NCBI GenBank assembly: GCA_948614045.1 | Contig: CAPFSK010000002.1 | Span: 18,404-82,403, forward strand | DNA length: 64,000 nt | Origin: an uncultured Candidatus Saccharibacteria bacterium | GTDB lineage: Bacteria; Patescibacteriota; Saccharimonadia; Saccharimonadales; Saccharimonadaceae | Direction of reading: 5' to 3' | Position numbers and translations under genes: made by a program | Notes under the pieces: generated by a model | The model's database searches: none | Seen by the model: the letters and a program-made list of their open reading frames with translations, nothing else | Told to the model about the DNA's origin: nothing | Part shown: one piece after another, positions 43,509-53,749 of the stretch | Layout: the number at the start of each line of letters is the position of its first letter | Position numbering within the stretch: the stretch's first letter is position 1

Positions 43509-43984
43509 TGAAAGATTTATACATGATTGCTTGCGTGAGCAAGGACGGTGGACTGGGTAAAGACGGTGGGCTGCTTTGGCGCATTCCCGAGGATATGAAG
43601 TTCTTTCGCGAGACGACCAAAGGCAGTGCGGTGATTATGGGACGCAAAACTTTTGAAAGTATTGGACGAGCGTTGCCGGGGAGACGCAATATCGTGCTGT
43701 CGAGCCGGAAAGGCGAGAATGCGGATGTTGAATGGTGCACACGTGAAGAGCTAGAAGATACGCTAAAGACAGTATCGGGGAAGAAATTTGTGATTGGCGG
43801 CGCGAGCTTGTATGAAATGTTTTTACCAGAAGCCGAGGAAATTTATTTGACTGAGGTGAATGATATGAAACCAGCAGATACAATGTTCCCAGAGTTCGAC
43901 AAGAGTGAGTGGCATCGCGAAATAATACAAGATGGCGAACATGACGGGATTAAGTATGAAATCGTTGAATATACAAGGAGGTAG
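43508..43984 (+). CDS. folA: Dihydrofolate reductase
   Basis: LLWRIPEDMKFFRETT...VIMGRKTFESIGRALPGRRNIVLS...VIGGASLY. Confidence 0.9.
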   Translation: MKDLYMIACVSKDGGLGKDGGLLWRIPEDMKFFRETTKGSAVIMGRKTFESIGRALPGRRNIVLSSRKGENADVEWCTREELEDTLKTVSGKKFVIGGASLYEMFLPEAEEIYLTEVNDMKPADTMFPEFDKSEWHREIIQDGEHDGIKYEIVEYTRR

Positions 43985-43985
43985 A

Positions 43986-44078
43986 ATGGATAAAAGTGAA
44001 GAACAGAATGTTGAAAATAAGACTGAACTATCCGAAGCCGTGATGCAAGCAAGGATTGAAGAGTTTTTGGGGCTGTAG
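43986..44078 (+). CDS. Possible 30-aa small ORF
   Basis: ATG 5 nt after AAGGAGG (the end of folA). MDKSEEQNVENKTELSEAVMQARIEEFLGL*. No other support. Confidence 0.3.
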   Translation: MDKSEEQNVENKTELSEAVMQARIEEFLGL

Positions 44079-44092
44079 AAAGGTAATAGCAA

Positions 44093-45229
44093 GTGCGAAG
44101 AGTCTATCTGGATAATGCGGCGACCGAAAAGATGCTGCCATGCGTCAAGCAAGCGATGCTGAACGCTATGGACGCAGAGCTGGGGAATGCGGCGGCTTTG
44201 CACTACGAGGGTTGGAATGCGAAAAAGCTCATTGAAGAGGCTCGTGTACGGGTTGCGCGACTAATTAATGCTGAGCCAGAAGAAATCATTTTTACGTCTG
44301 GCGGCACTGAGGCGAACAACACCGTCATGGAGACCTTTCGCGGTAAGCGGATTGTGACGAGCAGCGTAGAACACCCATCTGTACTAGAGGCGGCTCGCGC
44401 GCGAGCCGGAGAGCTGGTCGTGCTGCCGGTCGACCGGTGGGGAAGAGTTGATGCAGCAGATATTGAAAGGGAAGCGAAAGTAGCGGACCTAGCGTCGGTC
44501 ATGCTCGCGAATAACGAGTTGGGAACGATTGAGCCGATTAAGGAATACGTAAAGTGTTGTAAAAAATACAACACTTATGTACATACTGACGCTACGCAGG
44601 CGGTTGGGAAGATTAAGGTTGATGTAAAGGAATTGGGCGTCGACTATTTAAGTTTCTCTGCGCACAAAATTGGTGGACCGATTGGCGTTGGCGTGTTATA
44701 CGTAAAGAATGGAGCACCATATCGTAATTTGATGTATGGTGGCAAGCAGGAAGATGGCAGAAGGGCTGGTACGAGTAATATCTTGGGTATTGTCGGACTG
44801 GGCGCGGCGGCCAAGTGGTGCTGGGAAGAGTGGAGTTGCCGGAAATGGGCCGAAGTGACGAAATTGAAAAATGAGCTGAAGCGAAGGATTCTCGCGGAAG
44901 TACCGTATAGCAGCTGCAATAGTCCAGATGAGGGTTGCTTGCCGGGGGTTTTGAATATGAGTTTCCAGGCAGCCGAGGGCGAAAGTATTCAGCTGTATCT
45001 CGATACCGAGGGGATTTGCGTTAGCACTGGTAGCGCTTGCGCGGCAGGCGATATTAAACCAAGTCATGTCATGATGGCGGCGCGACATGACGCCGAAGTA
45101 GCGCATAGCAGTATTCGGTTGAGTTTGGGGCTAGACACTACGAAAGAGGATATTGAAAGAGTTATGGCTGTGCTACCGGGAATTATACGGAAGTTACAGG
45201 CCATGAGTACGATAAAGGTAGGAGCATAA
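44093..45229 (+). CDS. Cysteine desulfurase (NifS/IscS family)
   Basis: GTG start. VYLDNAATE...FTSGGTEANN...SFSAHKIGGPIGVG...STGSACA. Confidence 0.9.
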   Translation: MRRVYLDNAATEKMLPCVKQAMLNAMDAELGNAAALHYEGWNAKKLIEEARVRVARLINAEPEEIIFTSGGTEANNTVMETFRGKRIVTSSVEHPSVLEAARARAGELVVLPVDRWGRVDAADIEREAKVADLASVMLANNELGTIEPIKEYVKCCKKYNTYVHTDATQAVGKIKVDVKELGVDYLSFSAHKIGGPIGVGVLYVKNGAPYRNLMYGGKQEDGRRAGTSNILGIVGLGAAAKWCWEEWSCRKWAEVTKLKNELKRRILAEVPYSSCNSPDEGCLPGVLNMSFQAAEGESIQLYLDTEGICVSTGSACAAGDIKPSHVMMAARHDAEVAHSSIRLSLGLDTTKEDIERVMAVLPGIIRKLQAMSTIKVGA

Positions 45230-45230
45230 T

Positions 45231-45635
45231 ATGGATAATACTAATCGCGAAGGTTGGGTTTATTCGGAGGTTGTCAAAGAACATTTTTTGAATCCGCTTA
45301 ATTTTCTGATGGGCGACGAAAACAAGTATGAACATGATGCAGAGGGGATTGTCGGAAATCCAGTCTGTGGCGACCAGATGAAAATGTTTATTCGGGTTGA
45401 GAATGATAAGATTGTCGACGTGAAATGGAAGACCTATGGTTGCGCAAGCGCGATTGCTTCAACTTCTGCGTTGTCTGAGTTGGCGAAGGGCAAAACTTTG
45501 GACGAGGCGTTGAAGATTGGCCCGGAAGAAATCGCCGAATTCCTCGGCGGACTGCCGAAGCATAAGTTTCACTGTTCCGTGCTGGGTCACGAGGCGTTGG
45601 CCGAAGCTGTGAAGAATTATCACAAGAAATCATAG
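45231..45635 (+). CDS. Fe-S cluster scaffold, IscU/NifU N-terminal type
   Basis: GNPVCGDQM...YGCASAIASTS...HCSV conserved Cys triad. Confidence 0.9.
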   Translation: MDNTNREGWVYSEVVKEHFLNPLNFLMGDENKYEHDAEGIVGNPVCGDQMKMFIRVENDKIVDVKWKTYGCASAIASTSALSELAKGKTLDEALKIGPEEIAEFLGGLPKHKFHCSVLGHEALAEAVKNYHKKS

Positions 45636-45747
45636 CTCCAGATGTTATAATAGAGTAAATAATCGGAGAGTTTATGAGTTTACGAACAAGACTAGTCTTG
45701 TTCTCTACTATCAGTAGAGAACAATCGGGTTTAGCGAGGAGGCGCCA

Positions 45748-46299
45748 ATGTCGGAAATGATTGACGTCTTGGACGAGCATGGAATTAAAACTGGGCGCGT
45801 AGCTACGCGCGACGAGGTTCACCGAGAAGGATTATGGCACAAGATTGCAGCTGTTGCGATTATCGATTCCGAAAATCGAATTCTTCTACAGCAGCGCAGC
45901 AGAACCAAGATAACTAATCCCGAAAAATGGGACATTGCTGCTGCCGGCCATGTCGACGCTGGCGAGGATACGCTTACTACCGCTCTGCGTGAGACTGCTG
46001 AAGAGGTTGGTGTTCAAATACAGCCGGAAGACTTGACGCATGTCATAAGTTATCAAAAAACTAGTAAGCCCATGTATGGCAATCAACAAATTATCGACCG
46101 TCAAATTTTTGATTGTTTCGTCGTCCGGATTCCAGAGATTAACATCAAAAACCTAACTCTGCAGATTAGTGAAGTCCAAGCGGTCAAATTGGATACATTA
46201 GATGAATTTAAGGAAATGATTAGTGCTGGCGCAATGGTAAATCGCCAGCCATTTTATGATGCGATTATTAAACTAATGGAGGAACAGATAAGTGAATGA
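45748..46299 (+). CDS. NUDIX hydrolase
   Basis: Nudix box GHVDAGEDTLTTALRETAEEVGV. Confidence 0.85.
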   Translation: MSEMIDVLDEHGIKTGRVATRDEVHREGLWHKIAAVAIIDSENRILLQQRSRTKITNPEKWDIAAAGHVDAGEDTLTTALRETAEEVGVQIQPEDLTHVISYQKTSKPMYGNQQIIDRQIFDCFVVRIPEINIKNLTLQISEVQAVKLDTLDEFKEMISAGAMVNRQPFYDAIIKLMEEQISE

Positions 46300-46552
46300 G
46301 ATAAAAGTTAAGCGTATCTATAAGCATTTCAAGGGTGACCTGTATCTCGTAGAAGATATCGCCACGCATAGCGAGACCAAAGAAAAATATGTCGTCTATC
46401 GCGCGTTGTATGGCGATAATGCGTTATATATTCGCCCATACGATATGTTTGTTTCCGAAGTTAATCACACGAAGTACCCCGAAGCGACGCAAAAATATCG
46501 TTTTGAGCTACAAGATATTAAAAGTGTGCGTGAATGTGGATGGAATAAATGA
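46292..46552 (+). CDS. DUF1653-like small protein
   Basis: YKHFKGDLYLVEDIATHSETKEKYVVYRALYGD pattern. Its ends overlap both neighbours. Confidence 0.7.
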   Translation: MNEIKVKRIYKHFKGDLYLVEDIATHSETKEKYVVYRALYGDNALYIRPYDMFVSEVNHTKYPEATQKYRFELQDIKSVRECGWNK

Positions 46553-46968
46553 ATAGAACTTTTGATTTCCTAAAGAATAGAGCCAAGGTAAATGGCGAGC
46601 CAGTAAACTACGTCTCGACTTTAGATAAAAGTTTACCAACTTGTCGCCCGTTTGGCGACCCAGTGTTATATGACGGGAAGATGTATGCTATGACGATGAA
46701 AAATAAGTCCGTATCGAAACAGCTGGCTGAGAATAATCACGCCTGTATTGTGGCTTATGATGGCGAGCATTGGATTAGAATTAGCTGTCGTTTGCTGGAT
46801 GATAGCGACAACCTAGGCGCAAAGAAGGCGGTTCTCGCGGAATTTGACTGGGCGGAAGAAGCGGGCTATACGCTCGATAACCCAGATTTTCAGCTGCTCT
46901 ATATTGCTGAAGCAAAAGTGGAATGCCGTAATTCTGATGGCGAGCTGATTTGGTGTGAGGAATTTTAA
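46549..46968 (+). CDS. Pyridoxamine-5'-phosphate-oxidase-like (split-barrel) protein
   Basis: Size and pattern only. Weak assignment. Confidence 0.55.
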   Translation: MNRTFDFLKNRAKVNGEPVNYVSTLDKSLPTCRPFGDPVLYDGKMYAMTMKNKSVSKQLAENNHACIVAYDGEHWIRISCRLLDDSDNLGAKKAVLAEFDWAEEAGYTLDNPDFQLLYIAEAKVECRNSDGELIWCEEF

Positions 46969-47027
46969 TCCAGAATCCAGTTTGATAGCCTCGTACCACT
47001 TTATCCAACTTATGGTATAATCAAGTC

Positions 47028-48323
47028 ATGCATATACAAAATCGCACCGCTATGGTGACATTTGATTTTATTATTGGGATTCTAGCGGGGGTCGCGACCT
47101 GGATTCAGTTCGTGAGTTTCGGCGACAGTGCTTGGCGCCTATTTGCGACTTGGGTAGCTCTGGTGGCTGCCATATATTATATAGTTGACGCGCTATTTGC
47201 GCTCCTCGCGAAGCGTCGGCCGATCGGCGCCGAAGTCTGCCCCATGCTCCAGGGCGGGCTAATCGTTTCTGGCGTCTTACTGCTTTTGATTCGTGTTGTT
47301 TACTATGCGCTCGATAGTTATATTCCCAGTGTTGGTGTGAATGTCATACTGATAGAGTTCATCTTGCCGATATTAATGATTATGTCATGGGTAATGTTTA
47401 GCGTTAAAGGCAAATGGCGTGCCTACGAACCGTTTTACTGGCTGGCTCTACCTGCGGTCTATGTTGCGCTGATTCTCGTGTCGGGCGAGTTGATGTCGCG
47501 CTCGGCGTCGCTAGTTTATCCTTACGAATTTCTGGATTATCCGAGTATTGGCATTGATACCATGCTCTGGTGGTTCGCAATTTTTGCGACGGCTATTTTA
47601 ATCGTTGGCTATATCTTCTGGATTCTAGATTTCGCTCTAAGCGGAAAACTTGCCGAGCATATTGTCATGCCGAAGATCAAGACCGTGGTGATCGAGGAAG
47701 AAGTCGAAGACGAAGAGCCGGAAGTCATTGAGAAACCAAAGGAAAAACCAGTCAAACTCGTAACGACCGGCTCGCGCAATTTACCGGTCATTGAAGCTCA
47801 GCAAGCCGCGAAAAAGGCAAAAAGCGCACGGGGAAATTCAAAGGCGACACCGGCGAATAATGGTAAGAATGACGAACCGAAGACGAAAACGGCTCCGGTG
47901 AACAGTGGCAAGGACGGTGAGGCGGTCGGAATTAAACCGCAAGCAAATGATGCTAAAAAGACTAAACAAACCGAAGTAAAGCCGAAGACTGAAAAGGGAA
48001 CTATGCCAAAAACTCAAGATACCAAACCCAAAGAATCTGATACCAAAAAACCCAAACCGTCGACCAAAGCTGAAGAGAACAAGCCGACCAGTACCCCGCC
48101 TGTACGCATTATTGAGAAAATCGACTTGACCGGGGATAAAGGGAGCGAAAAGAAAACAGAGAGCACCAAGAAACTTAGTACGAAGCAAGAGGTCGTAATT
48201 AAGGATGGCCAGAAAACAGTTGTCGCTAAGCCGGTTTCGGAACCTAAAGCGCAGGACGATACCAAAAATACCGCAAAGAAGGCTGAAGACGGAGCCAAAA
48301 CCGATCAAAAAGTCACCCCATAG
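47028..48323 (+). CDS. Multi-pass membrane protein with ~200-aa K/P/T/E-rich tail
   Basis: Six to seven hydrophobic segments, then a low-complexity tail. TGGTATAAT lies 6 nt upstream of the ATG. Confidence 0.7.
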   Translation: MHIQNRTAMVTFDFIIGILAGVATWIQFVSFGDSAWRLFATWVALVAAIYYIVDALFALLAKRRPIGAEVCPMLQGGLIVSGVLLLLIRVVYYALDSYIPSVGVNVILIEFILPILMIMSWVMFSVKGKWRAYEPFYWLALPAVYVALILVSGELMSRSASLVYPYEFLDYPSIGIDTMLWWFAIFATAILIVGYIFWILDFALSGKLAEHIVMPKIKTVVIEEEVEDEEPEVIEKPKEKPVKLVTTGSRNLPVIEAQQAAKKAKSARGNSKATPANNGKNDEPKTKTAPVNSGKDGEAVGIKPQANDAKKTKQTEVKPKTEKGTMPKTQDTKPKESDTKKPKPSTKAEENKPTSTPPVRIIEKIDLTGDKGSEKKTESTKKLSTKQEVVIKDGQKTVVAKPVSEPKAQDDTKNTAKKAEDGAKTDQKVTP

Positions 48324-48372
48324 TCATCTTGACTTGTTAGAATAACTTCATAACATCTAACAGAAGGAGAAT

Positions 48373-49050
48373 ATGAAGATATTAGAAGTCGAAAACCTCG
48401 TCAAAACTTACGGTAAAGGCGAGAACAAAGTTCATGCTGTCGACCATGTCAGCTTCTCGGTCGAAGAGGGCGAATTTGTTGCCATTGTCGGCGCCAGCGG
48501 TTCGGGTAAGTCTACTCTGCTCCATTTGCTCGGTGGTGTCGATCGTCCAACCTCTGGTAAAGTCTTGATTAACGGTGAAGATATTTATAAACTTTCCGAT
48601 GACGCGCTGGCAATCTTTCGCCGTCGCCAAGTCGGAATTATTTATCAGTTCTATAATCTTATTCCCATTTTGAATGTCGTGGAGAATATTACCCTGCCTT
48701 GCGACCTCGACGGTAAGCGGGTCGATAAAAAACATCTGAAGAATCTACTCGATACTCTCGGTCTGAATGAGCGCAAGACTCATCTGCCGAATCAACTTTC
48801 CGGCGGTCAGCAGCAGCGCGTCTCGATCGGCCGCGCCTTGATTAATGACCCTGCAATTATTCTTGCCGACGAACCGACTGGCAACCTTGACTCGAAATCT
48901 GGTGAAGAAATTCTGACACTGATGAAGCTTTCTAATCAAAAATACCACCAAACTATCATCATGATTACGCATGATCTCGAAATCGCCAGCCAGGCGGACC
49001 GCGTGATTACGTTTGAGGATGGCAAAATTATTAAAGACGAGCGGGCGTAG
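48373..49050 (+). CDS. ABC transporter ATP-binding protein (MacB/BceA-like)
   Basis: Walker [10 protein letters not shown], signature LSGGQQQR, Walker [12 protein letters not shown]. Confidence 0.9.
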   Translation: MKILEVENLVKTYGKGENKVHAVDHVSFSVEEGEFVAIVGASGSGKSTLLHLLGGVDRPTSGKVLINGEDIYKLSDDALAIFRRRQVGIIYQFYNLIPILNVVENITLPCDLDGKRVDKKHLKNLLDTLGLNERKTHLPNQLSGGQQQRVSIGRALINDPAIILADEPTGNLDSKSGEEILTLMKLSNQKYHQTIIMITHDLEIASQADRVITFEDGKIIKDERA

Positions 49051-49053
49051 ACT

Positions 49054-51276
49054 ATGAAAGTTTTAGAGAAACTCACAATCGCGAGCTTGCGCGAGAATAA
49101 GCGTCGCACCTTGGTTACCGTGCTTGGTGTTATGCTCTCATCCGCCTTGATTCTGGCGGTTGTTGGCATGGTGACTAGTATTCAAAAGATGATGATCGAT
49201 TGGACCGTCGCTGATACTGGCGATTACCATGACATGTACGAAGAAGTTCCGGTCGAAGACTTGAAGTACATTGAAGAGAACGCGCATGTCGAGAAATACT
49301 ATTATTCGACTCCCCTGACTGAAAATGAGCTTGGCGACGACTACGAAACCTACCAAGAGTATCAGCACGCCGCCTATACAAAATCACAATATCAGCCTCT
49401 CGCAACCCTGCCAACTGATGCGAAAGGCAAGTATAATATCTATGTTCGCTACGACCAGCCGAAAGATTACGCGACAATTCGGGACGGTATTCTCGATGCG
49501 CTAGAATCAAGTGGCGCTGGATATATCAATACTCGGACTAATAGCGAGCTTTTGCGATATGAGGGTGTAATGGGCGATAGTACGCTGAGCGCACTCTACC
49601 ATATGGCCGCCATTGTTATCGGGATCATCGTCGTGACGAGTATCTTCGTCATTCGTAATAGTTTCAGTATTTCTGCTACCGAACGCGCTCGCCAATTTGG
49701 TATGCTTTCTAGCATTGGTGCTACGCCGCGTCAGATTCGTCACAATGTCCTTTTTGAAGGGCTTGTTATTGCCGTACTCGGTATCCCGCTCGGCATTATA
49801 CTTGGTGTCATCGCAGTATTAATTTTAGTCGCAGTTATGAATATCTTGCTTAGTGGCATGATGGTTGCCGACGTTACTTTCTCAATGCCGTTTTGGATTT
49901 TCCCGGTTACAATCGGCCTCAGTTTTGTGACAGTTATTCTTTCTAGCCTGCTACCCGCTATCCGCACCGGCAAACTTGCTCCAATTGACGCGATTCGCGG
50001 TAGCAACGATACAAAGATTAAGTCAAAGAAACTTCATACACCTGGCTTCATTCGTGGTATCTGGGGTGTCGGTGGTGTTCTTGCCTACAAAAATCTGAAA
50101 CGTAGTCGCAAAAAATATCGCACGACGGTCATCTCAATCGTACTGTCCGTTGCGACTTTTGTCGGTCTCTCTAGCTTCTTGAGCTATGGCATGAAGGCTA
50201 GCAGCACAATCTATGGTAATTCCAATATCGATCTCGCTGTAGCTGGCGCCGACACAGATTTTTACCGTGAACTCGTCGAGAAGTTCGATCTCAAAGATTA
50301 CGCTTATTACGCCCGTACGAACGCCCTTGACATTGGCCTTGCGCTCGTGAATCATGAGTATTTCGAAGACTTTGCGCAGTCGGTCGGCGTGAATGCTAAG
50401 GATTATGATAAAGTCATGCTCATGAACGACTGGACTATGGTTGCAGAAGAGGCGGGGCAATATCGCGTCGAGCGCGCCCACCCGGATCTGCGTGATGGTG
50501 ATGAGATTGACGTCGAGCTAATCGGATGGTCTAGCGAAGAAACCCTCAATCTCGACACTGGCGAGAGTCAACATAGCTATAAAACCTATGATACTTCTGG
50601 CAATATTAAGCTCCCGGTCACGAAACTAATTGACGAAAAGCCGCTCGGTTTTGAAAATTACTACGGCACCTTGTCCTTTGTTTCGGAAGATTATTATCAG
50701 CGCGATCGACTTGATGTCGATGATGATACCTTCCAGCTCTTCGCCGCAAATATCGACGATGTGAAGCCGATTATCGCATATCTTGATGAGGTCGAGGCTA
50801 GCGGTCGCTTTGAACGCATCTTCTATGATGACGTTAAGGAAACCCAGGCTCAGTCGCGCCGGATTTATCTATTGATTAGTATATTTCTCTATGGCTTTGT
50901 CGCGGTTGTAACGTTGATTGGCGTAACCAATATCTTCAACACAATTACGACCAATATTGCCCTGCGCGCTAAGGAATTCGCCATGCTCCGCTCTGTCGGT
51001 ATGACCGACCGCGAGTTTAAGCGCATGGTGCGGCTCGAAAGCCTCATGTATGTCAGTAAAGCTCTCATTATCGGTTTGCCGATTGGTCTCCTGCTTTCTT
51101 ATGGCATTTACAAGTCATTAGCTGAAGCCATGGATTTCGGTTATATATTCCCGTGGTCGGCCGTCATTATCTCGATTGTTGCCGTCAGCATTCTAATCGG
51201 TATTATTATGCGCTACTCGGTTAAGCAAGTCGAAAAACAGAATATTATCGAAACTATCCGCGACGAAAATATCTAA
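49054..51276 (+). CDS. FtsX-family ABC permease with large extracellular domain (BceB-like)
   Basis: 740 aa. Two FtsX-type 4-TM modules separated by a ~230-aa loop. Confidence 0.85.
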   Translation: MKVLEKLTIASLRENKRRTLVTVLGVMLSSALILAVVGMVTSIQKMMIDWTVADTGDYHDMYEEVPVEDLKYIEENAHVEKYYYSTPLTENELGDDYETYQEYQHAAYTKSQYQPLATLPTDAKGKYNIYVRYDQPKDYATIRDGILDALESSGAGYINTRTNSELLRYEGVMGDSTLSALYHMAAIVIGIIVVTSIFVIRNSFSISATERARQFGMLSSIGATPRQIRHNVLFEGLVIAVLGIPLGIILGVIAVLILVAVMNILLSGMMVADVTFSMPFWIFPVTIGLSFVTVILSSLLPAIRTGKLAPIDAIRGSNDTKIKSKKLHTPGFIRGIWGVGGVLAYKNLKRSRKKYRTTVISIVLSVATFVGLSSFLSYGMKASSTIYGNSNIDLAVAGADTDFYRELVEKFDLKDYAYYARTNALDIGLALVNHEYFEDFAQSVGVNAKDYDKVMLMNDWTMVAEEAGQYRVERAHPDLRDGDEIDVELIGWSSEETLNLDTGESQHSYKTYDTSGNIKLPVTKLIDEKPLGFENYYGTLSFVSEDYYQRDRLDVDDDTFQLFAANIDDVKPIIAYLDEVEASGRFERIFYDDVKETQAQSRRIYLLISIFLYGFVAVVTLIGVTNIFNTITTNIALRAKEFAMLRSVGMTDREFKRMVRLESLMYVSKALIIGLPIGLLLSYGIYKSLAEAMDFGYIFPWSAVIISIVAVSILIGIIMRYSVKQVEKQNIIETIRDENI

Positions 51277-51285
51277 TGTAAGACA

Positions 51286-51330
51286 TTGTATGTACATTGT
51301 TAATACAATACCAATACAATGTACATACAA
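51286..51330. promoter_or_regulatory. 15-bp perfect inverted repeat (extendable to ~19 bp) overlapping the -35 region of the regulator promoter
   Basis: TTGTATGTACATTGT-n15-ACAATGTACATACAA. TGCTATAAT at 51341-51349. Confidence 0.55.
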
Positions 51331-51356
51331 AATGTCATTGTGCTATAATATACCCT

Positions 51357-52022
51357 ATGAAAATCCTCCTCGTTGAAGACAACCCGCTCACCGCTAAGGG
51401 AATTATGTATCTCCTTGAGCGCGAGCATTATGACGTCAGTCTTGCCGAAAACTTCGCCGCCGCTCTCAGTATGATTGCCGCCCATGAATTCGACTTAGGC
51501 CTACTTGATGTCTCGCTGCCCGATGGAGAGGGCTATGACCTCGCCGGTCAGATTCGCGCTAAAGACCCTAATATCGCCCTGATCTTCCTTACGGCGCGCG
51601 ACAACGAGGAAGACGTAGTACGGGGCCTAGAACTCGGCGCGGACGATTATATTACTAAGCCCTTTAGAAACCGCGAATTGCTTCTACGCATTCGGAACGT
51701 CCTAGCTCGTCGACACTTGGTCTCAAATCGAGTTCAAGTCGGCAATGTCGAATTCGACTACGATGAGCAAAACGTTCGCATCGACGGCGCTCCGGTCGAA
51801 TTAACCGCACTCGAGCGCAAGCTTCTTGGCTGCCTTCTTGAAAACTCCGGTCGTATTGTTTCGCGCGAGCGCCTACTTGATGAGATTTATAGTGCATCCG
51901 GTCGCATCGTAAATGATAACACTCTATCAGTCTATCTCAAGCGTTTACGCGAGAAGCTCGGTCAGCCCGACCTGATTCAGACTGTTAAGAGCCTTGGCTA
52001 TCGCTTCAAGGGGGATGCATAG
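51357..52022 (+). CDS. OmpR/PhoB-family response regulator
   Basis: MKILLVEDN...LLDVSLPDGEG, plus a winged helix ending TVKSLGYRF. Confidence 0.9.
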   Translation: MKILLVEDNPLTAKGIMYLLEREHYDVSLAENFAAALSMIAAHEFDLGLLDVSLPDGEGYDLAGQIRAKDPNIALIFLTARDNEEDVVRGLELGADDYITKPFRNRELLLRIRNVLARRHLVSNRVQVGNVEFDYDEQNVRIDGAPVELTALERKLLGCLLENSGRIVSRERLLDEIYSASGRIVNDNTLSVYLKRLREKLGQPDLIQTVKSLGYRFKGDA

Positions 52023-53244
52023 CATGTGGCGGCGACTCTGGCGTACGGCATTGCCGGTACTAACTATTGTGCTAATCGCTGGCGGAATCTTCGTGGGCGT
52101 CAGTCTCGGAGTCTGGAGGCATTATCGTGCTGAATCGAATGCCGAGACGGCCGAATTAATTGGCCTAGTTGCCGAGTACTATCCCGACATCGACTCAGCA
52201 GATCTTGTCCGTGCGCTCGCGCAAGAAAATGCTGATGCTCGCGCTACCGGCGAAGACATCTTGCGTACTTACGGTTATACGGAAAATGATTTTGCCACTG
52301 CGGGCGCTATGGACTATGGCAAGGCTCTGCTAGTTATTGGGTTGCTTGCGATTGTCTGCGTCGGTTGTGCTCTTGCGATTTATCTTTACTATCACGATTG
52401 GCGTGAGCGCCGTCAAATTCACAACCTTGTCACATATGTCCAGAAGCTCAATGACCACGTTTATGACCTGCGCATTGAATCGAACCGCGAGAATGAGCTC
52501 TCGTTGCTTGCGAATGAACTTTATAAGATTACAGTCACGCTCAAAGAAGCCTCCGAATATGACCGCAAAATCCGTCGTCAACTCGAAAACGCCCTTGCTG
52601 ATATTTCCCATCAGCTCAAAACTCCGCTCACCTCACTCCAAATTGTGCTCGATAACCTTGAGAGCGACCCAGAAATGCCGCCTGCCGTGCGTCAAGATTT
52701 TTTGCGTTCCTCTAGTCGCCAGGTCGCTGCTATGAGTAGCCTCGTTACGACGTTACTGAACCTCGCCAAGTTTGATAACGGCACGATTCGCATGCAGCGA
52801 CGCGTGATGCCGGTAAGCGATCTGATTACTCGAGTTCGCGAAAAAGTCGAAATCCTAGCCGACCTTCAAAATATCCAGCTCGAAGTCACCGGTGATTTAT
52901 CCGCTCAGATTAAGGTAGACCCTCGCTGGCAGGCCGAAGCTCTCTCTAACATTGTCAAAAACTGTATCGAACATAGTCCGATCGGGAGTGTAGTAGAGAT
53001 TTCGGTTGAAGATCGCGTGCCCTATACCCGTATCGCTATCCGCGATCATGGCGCCGGTATTGCACCTGAAGACCTACATCACATTTTTGAGCGCTTTTAC
53101 AAAGCCGAAGGCTCTAGTGCGGCTAGCGTCGGTATCGGACTCTCTTTCGCGCGGTCAGTAATAAAAGCCGATCAAGGGCAAGTCAGCGCCAAATCTGCCT
53201 TAGGTCAGGGCAGTGAATTTATTGTCACTTATTTTCATTCGTAA
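52015..53244 (+). CDS. Sensor histidine kinase (2 TM, ~85-aa external loop)
   Basis: H-box DISHQLKTPLTS, N-box NIVKNCIEHSP, G-box DHGAGI. The start could be 52015 or 52024. Confidence 0.85.
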   Translation: MHSMWRRLWRTALPVLTIVLIAGGIFVGVSLGVWRHYRAESNAETAELIGLVAEYYPDIDSADLVRALAQENADARATGEDILRTYGYTENDFATAGAMDYGKALLVIGLLAIVCVGCALAIYLYYHDWRERRQIHNLVTYVQKLNDHVYDLRIESNRENELSLLANELYKITVTLKEASEYDRKIRRQLENALADISHQLKTPLTSLQIVLDNLESDPEMPPAVRQDFLRSSSRQVAAMSSLVTTLLNLAKFDNGTIRMQRRVMPVSDLITRVREKVEILADLQNIQLEVTGDLSAQIKVDPRWQAEALSNIVKNCIEHSPIGSVVEISVEDRVPYTRIAIRDHGAGIAPEDLHHIFERFYKAEGSSAASVGIGLSFARSVIKADQGQVSAKSALGQGSEFIVTYFHS

Positions 53245-53295
53245 CTGTTATAATATGAATTAATAACACCGCTTAATTATAGTTTGTGGGATGAC

Positions 53296-53715
53296 ATGAA
53301 TTTAAAACAACTAGAAAGTTTTATGAATAAACGCAAAATAAGCTTTATCGGCTCGATAGATGAAAATGGTTTTCCGAATATCAAAGCTATGCTAAAACCG
53401 CGTCAGCATAATGGTTTGAAAGAATTTTACTTTTCTACCAATACCTCTGCGTTGCGTACGGGGCAGTACCTCCGGGATCCTCATGCTAGCATTTACTTTT
53501 ATCGTAAGGGATTGATTAAATATGAAGGCGTGATGTTGGTTGGCAAGATGGAAGTTCTAACCGACCAAGAGACGAAAGATAAACTCTGGCGAAAGGGTGA
53601 TACTCTGTTTTATAAAGGCGGCAAAACCGACCCCGACTACTGTGTGCTGAGATTCACGACGAAAACCGGCAGATACTATTGCGACTTGAAAAGCGAAAGT
53701 TTTGACGTCAACTAG
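53296..53715 (+). CDS. Pyridoxamine-5'-phosphate-oxidase-family (general-stress-26-like) protein
   Basis: Pattern ISFIGSIDENGFPNIKAM...ASIYFY.... The ATG at 53296 is preferred over the TTG at 53284. Confidence 0.65.
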   Translation: MNLKQLESFMNKRKISFIGSIDENGFPNIKAMLKPRQHNGLKEFYFSTNTSALRTGQYLRDPHASIYFYRKGLIKYEGVMLVGKMEVLTDQETKDKLWRKGDTLFYKGGKTDPDYCVLRFTTKTGRYYCDLKSESFDVN

Positions 53716-53749
53716 ATCTCAATAACTTTTGCAAAGCCACTACTTGCTA

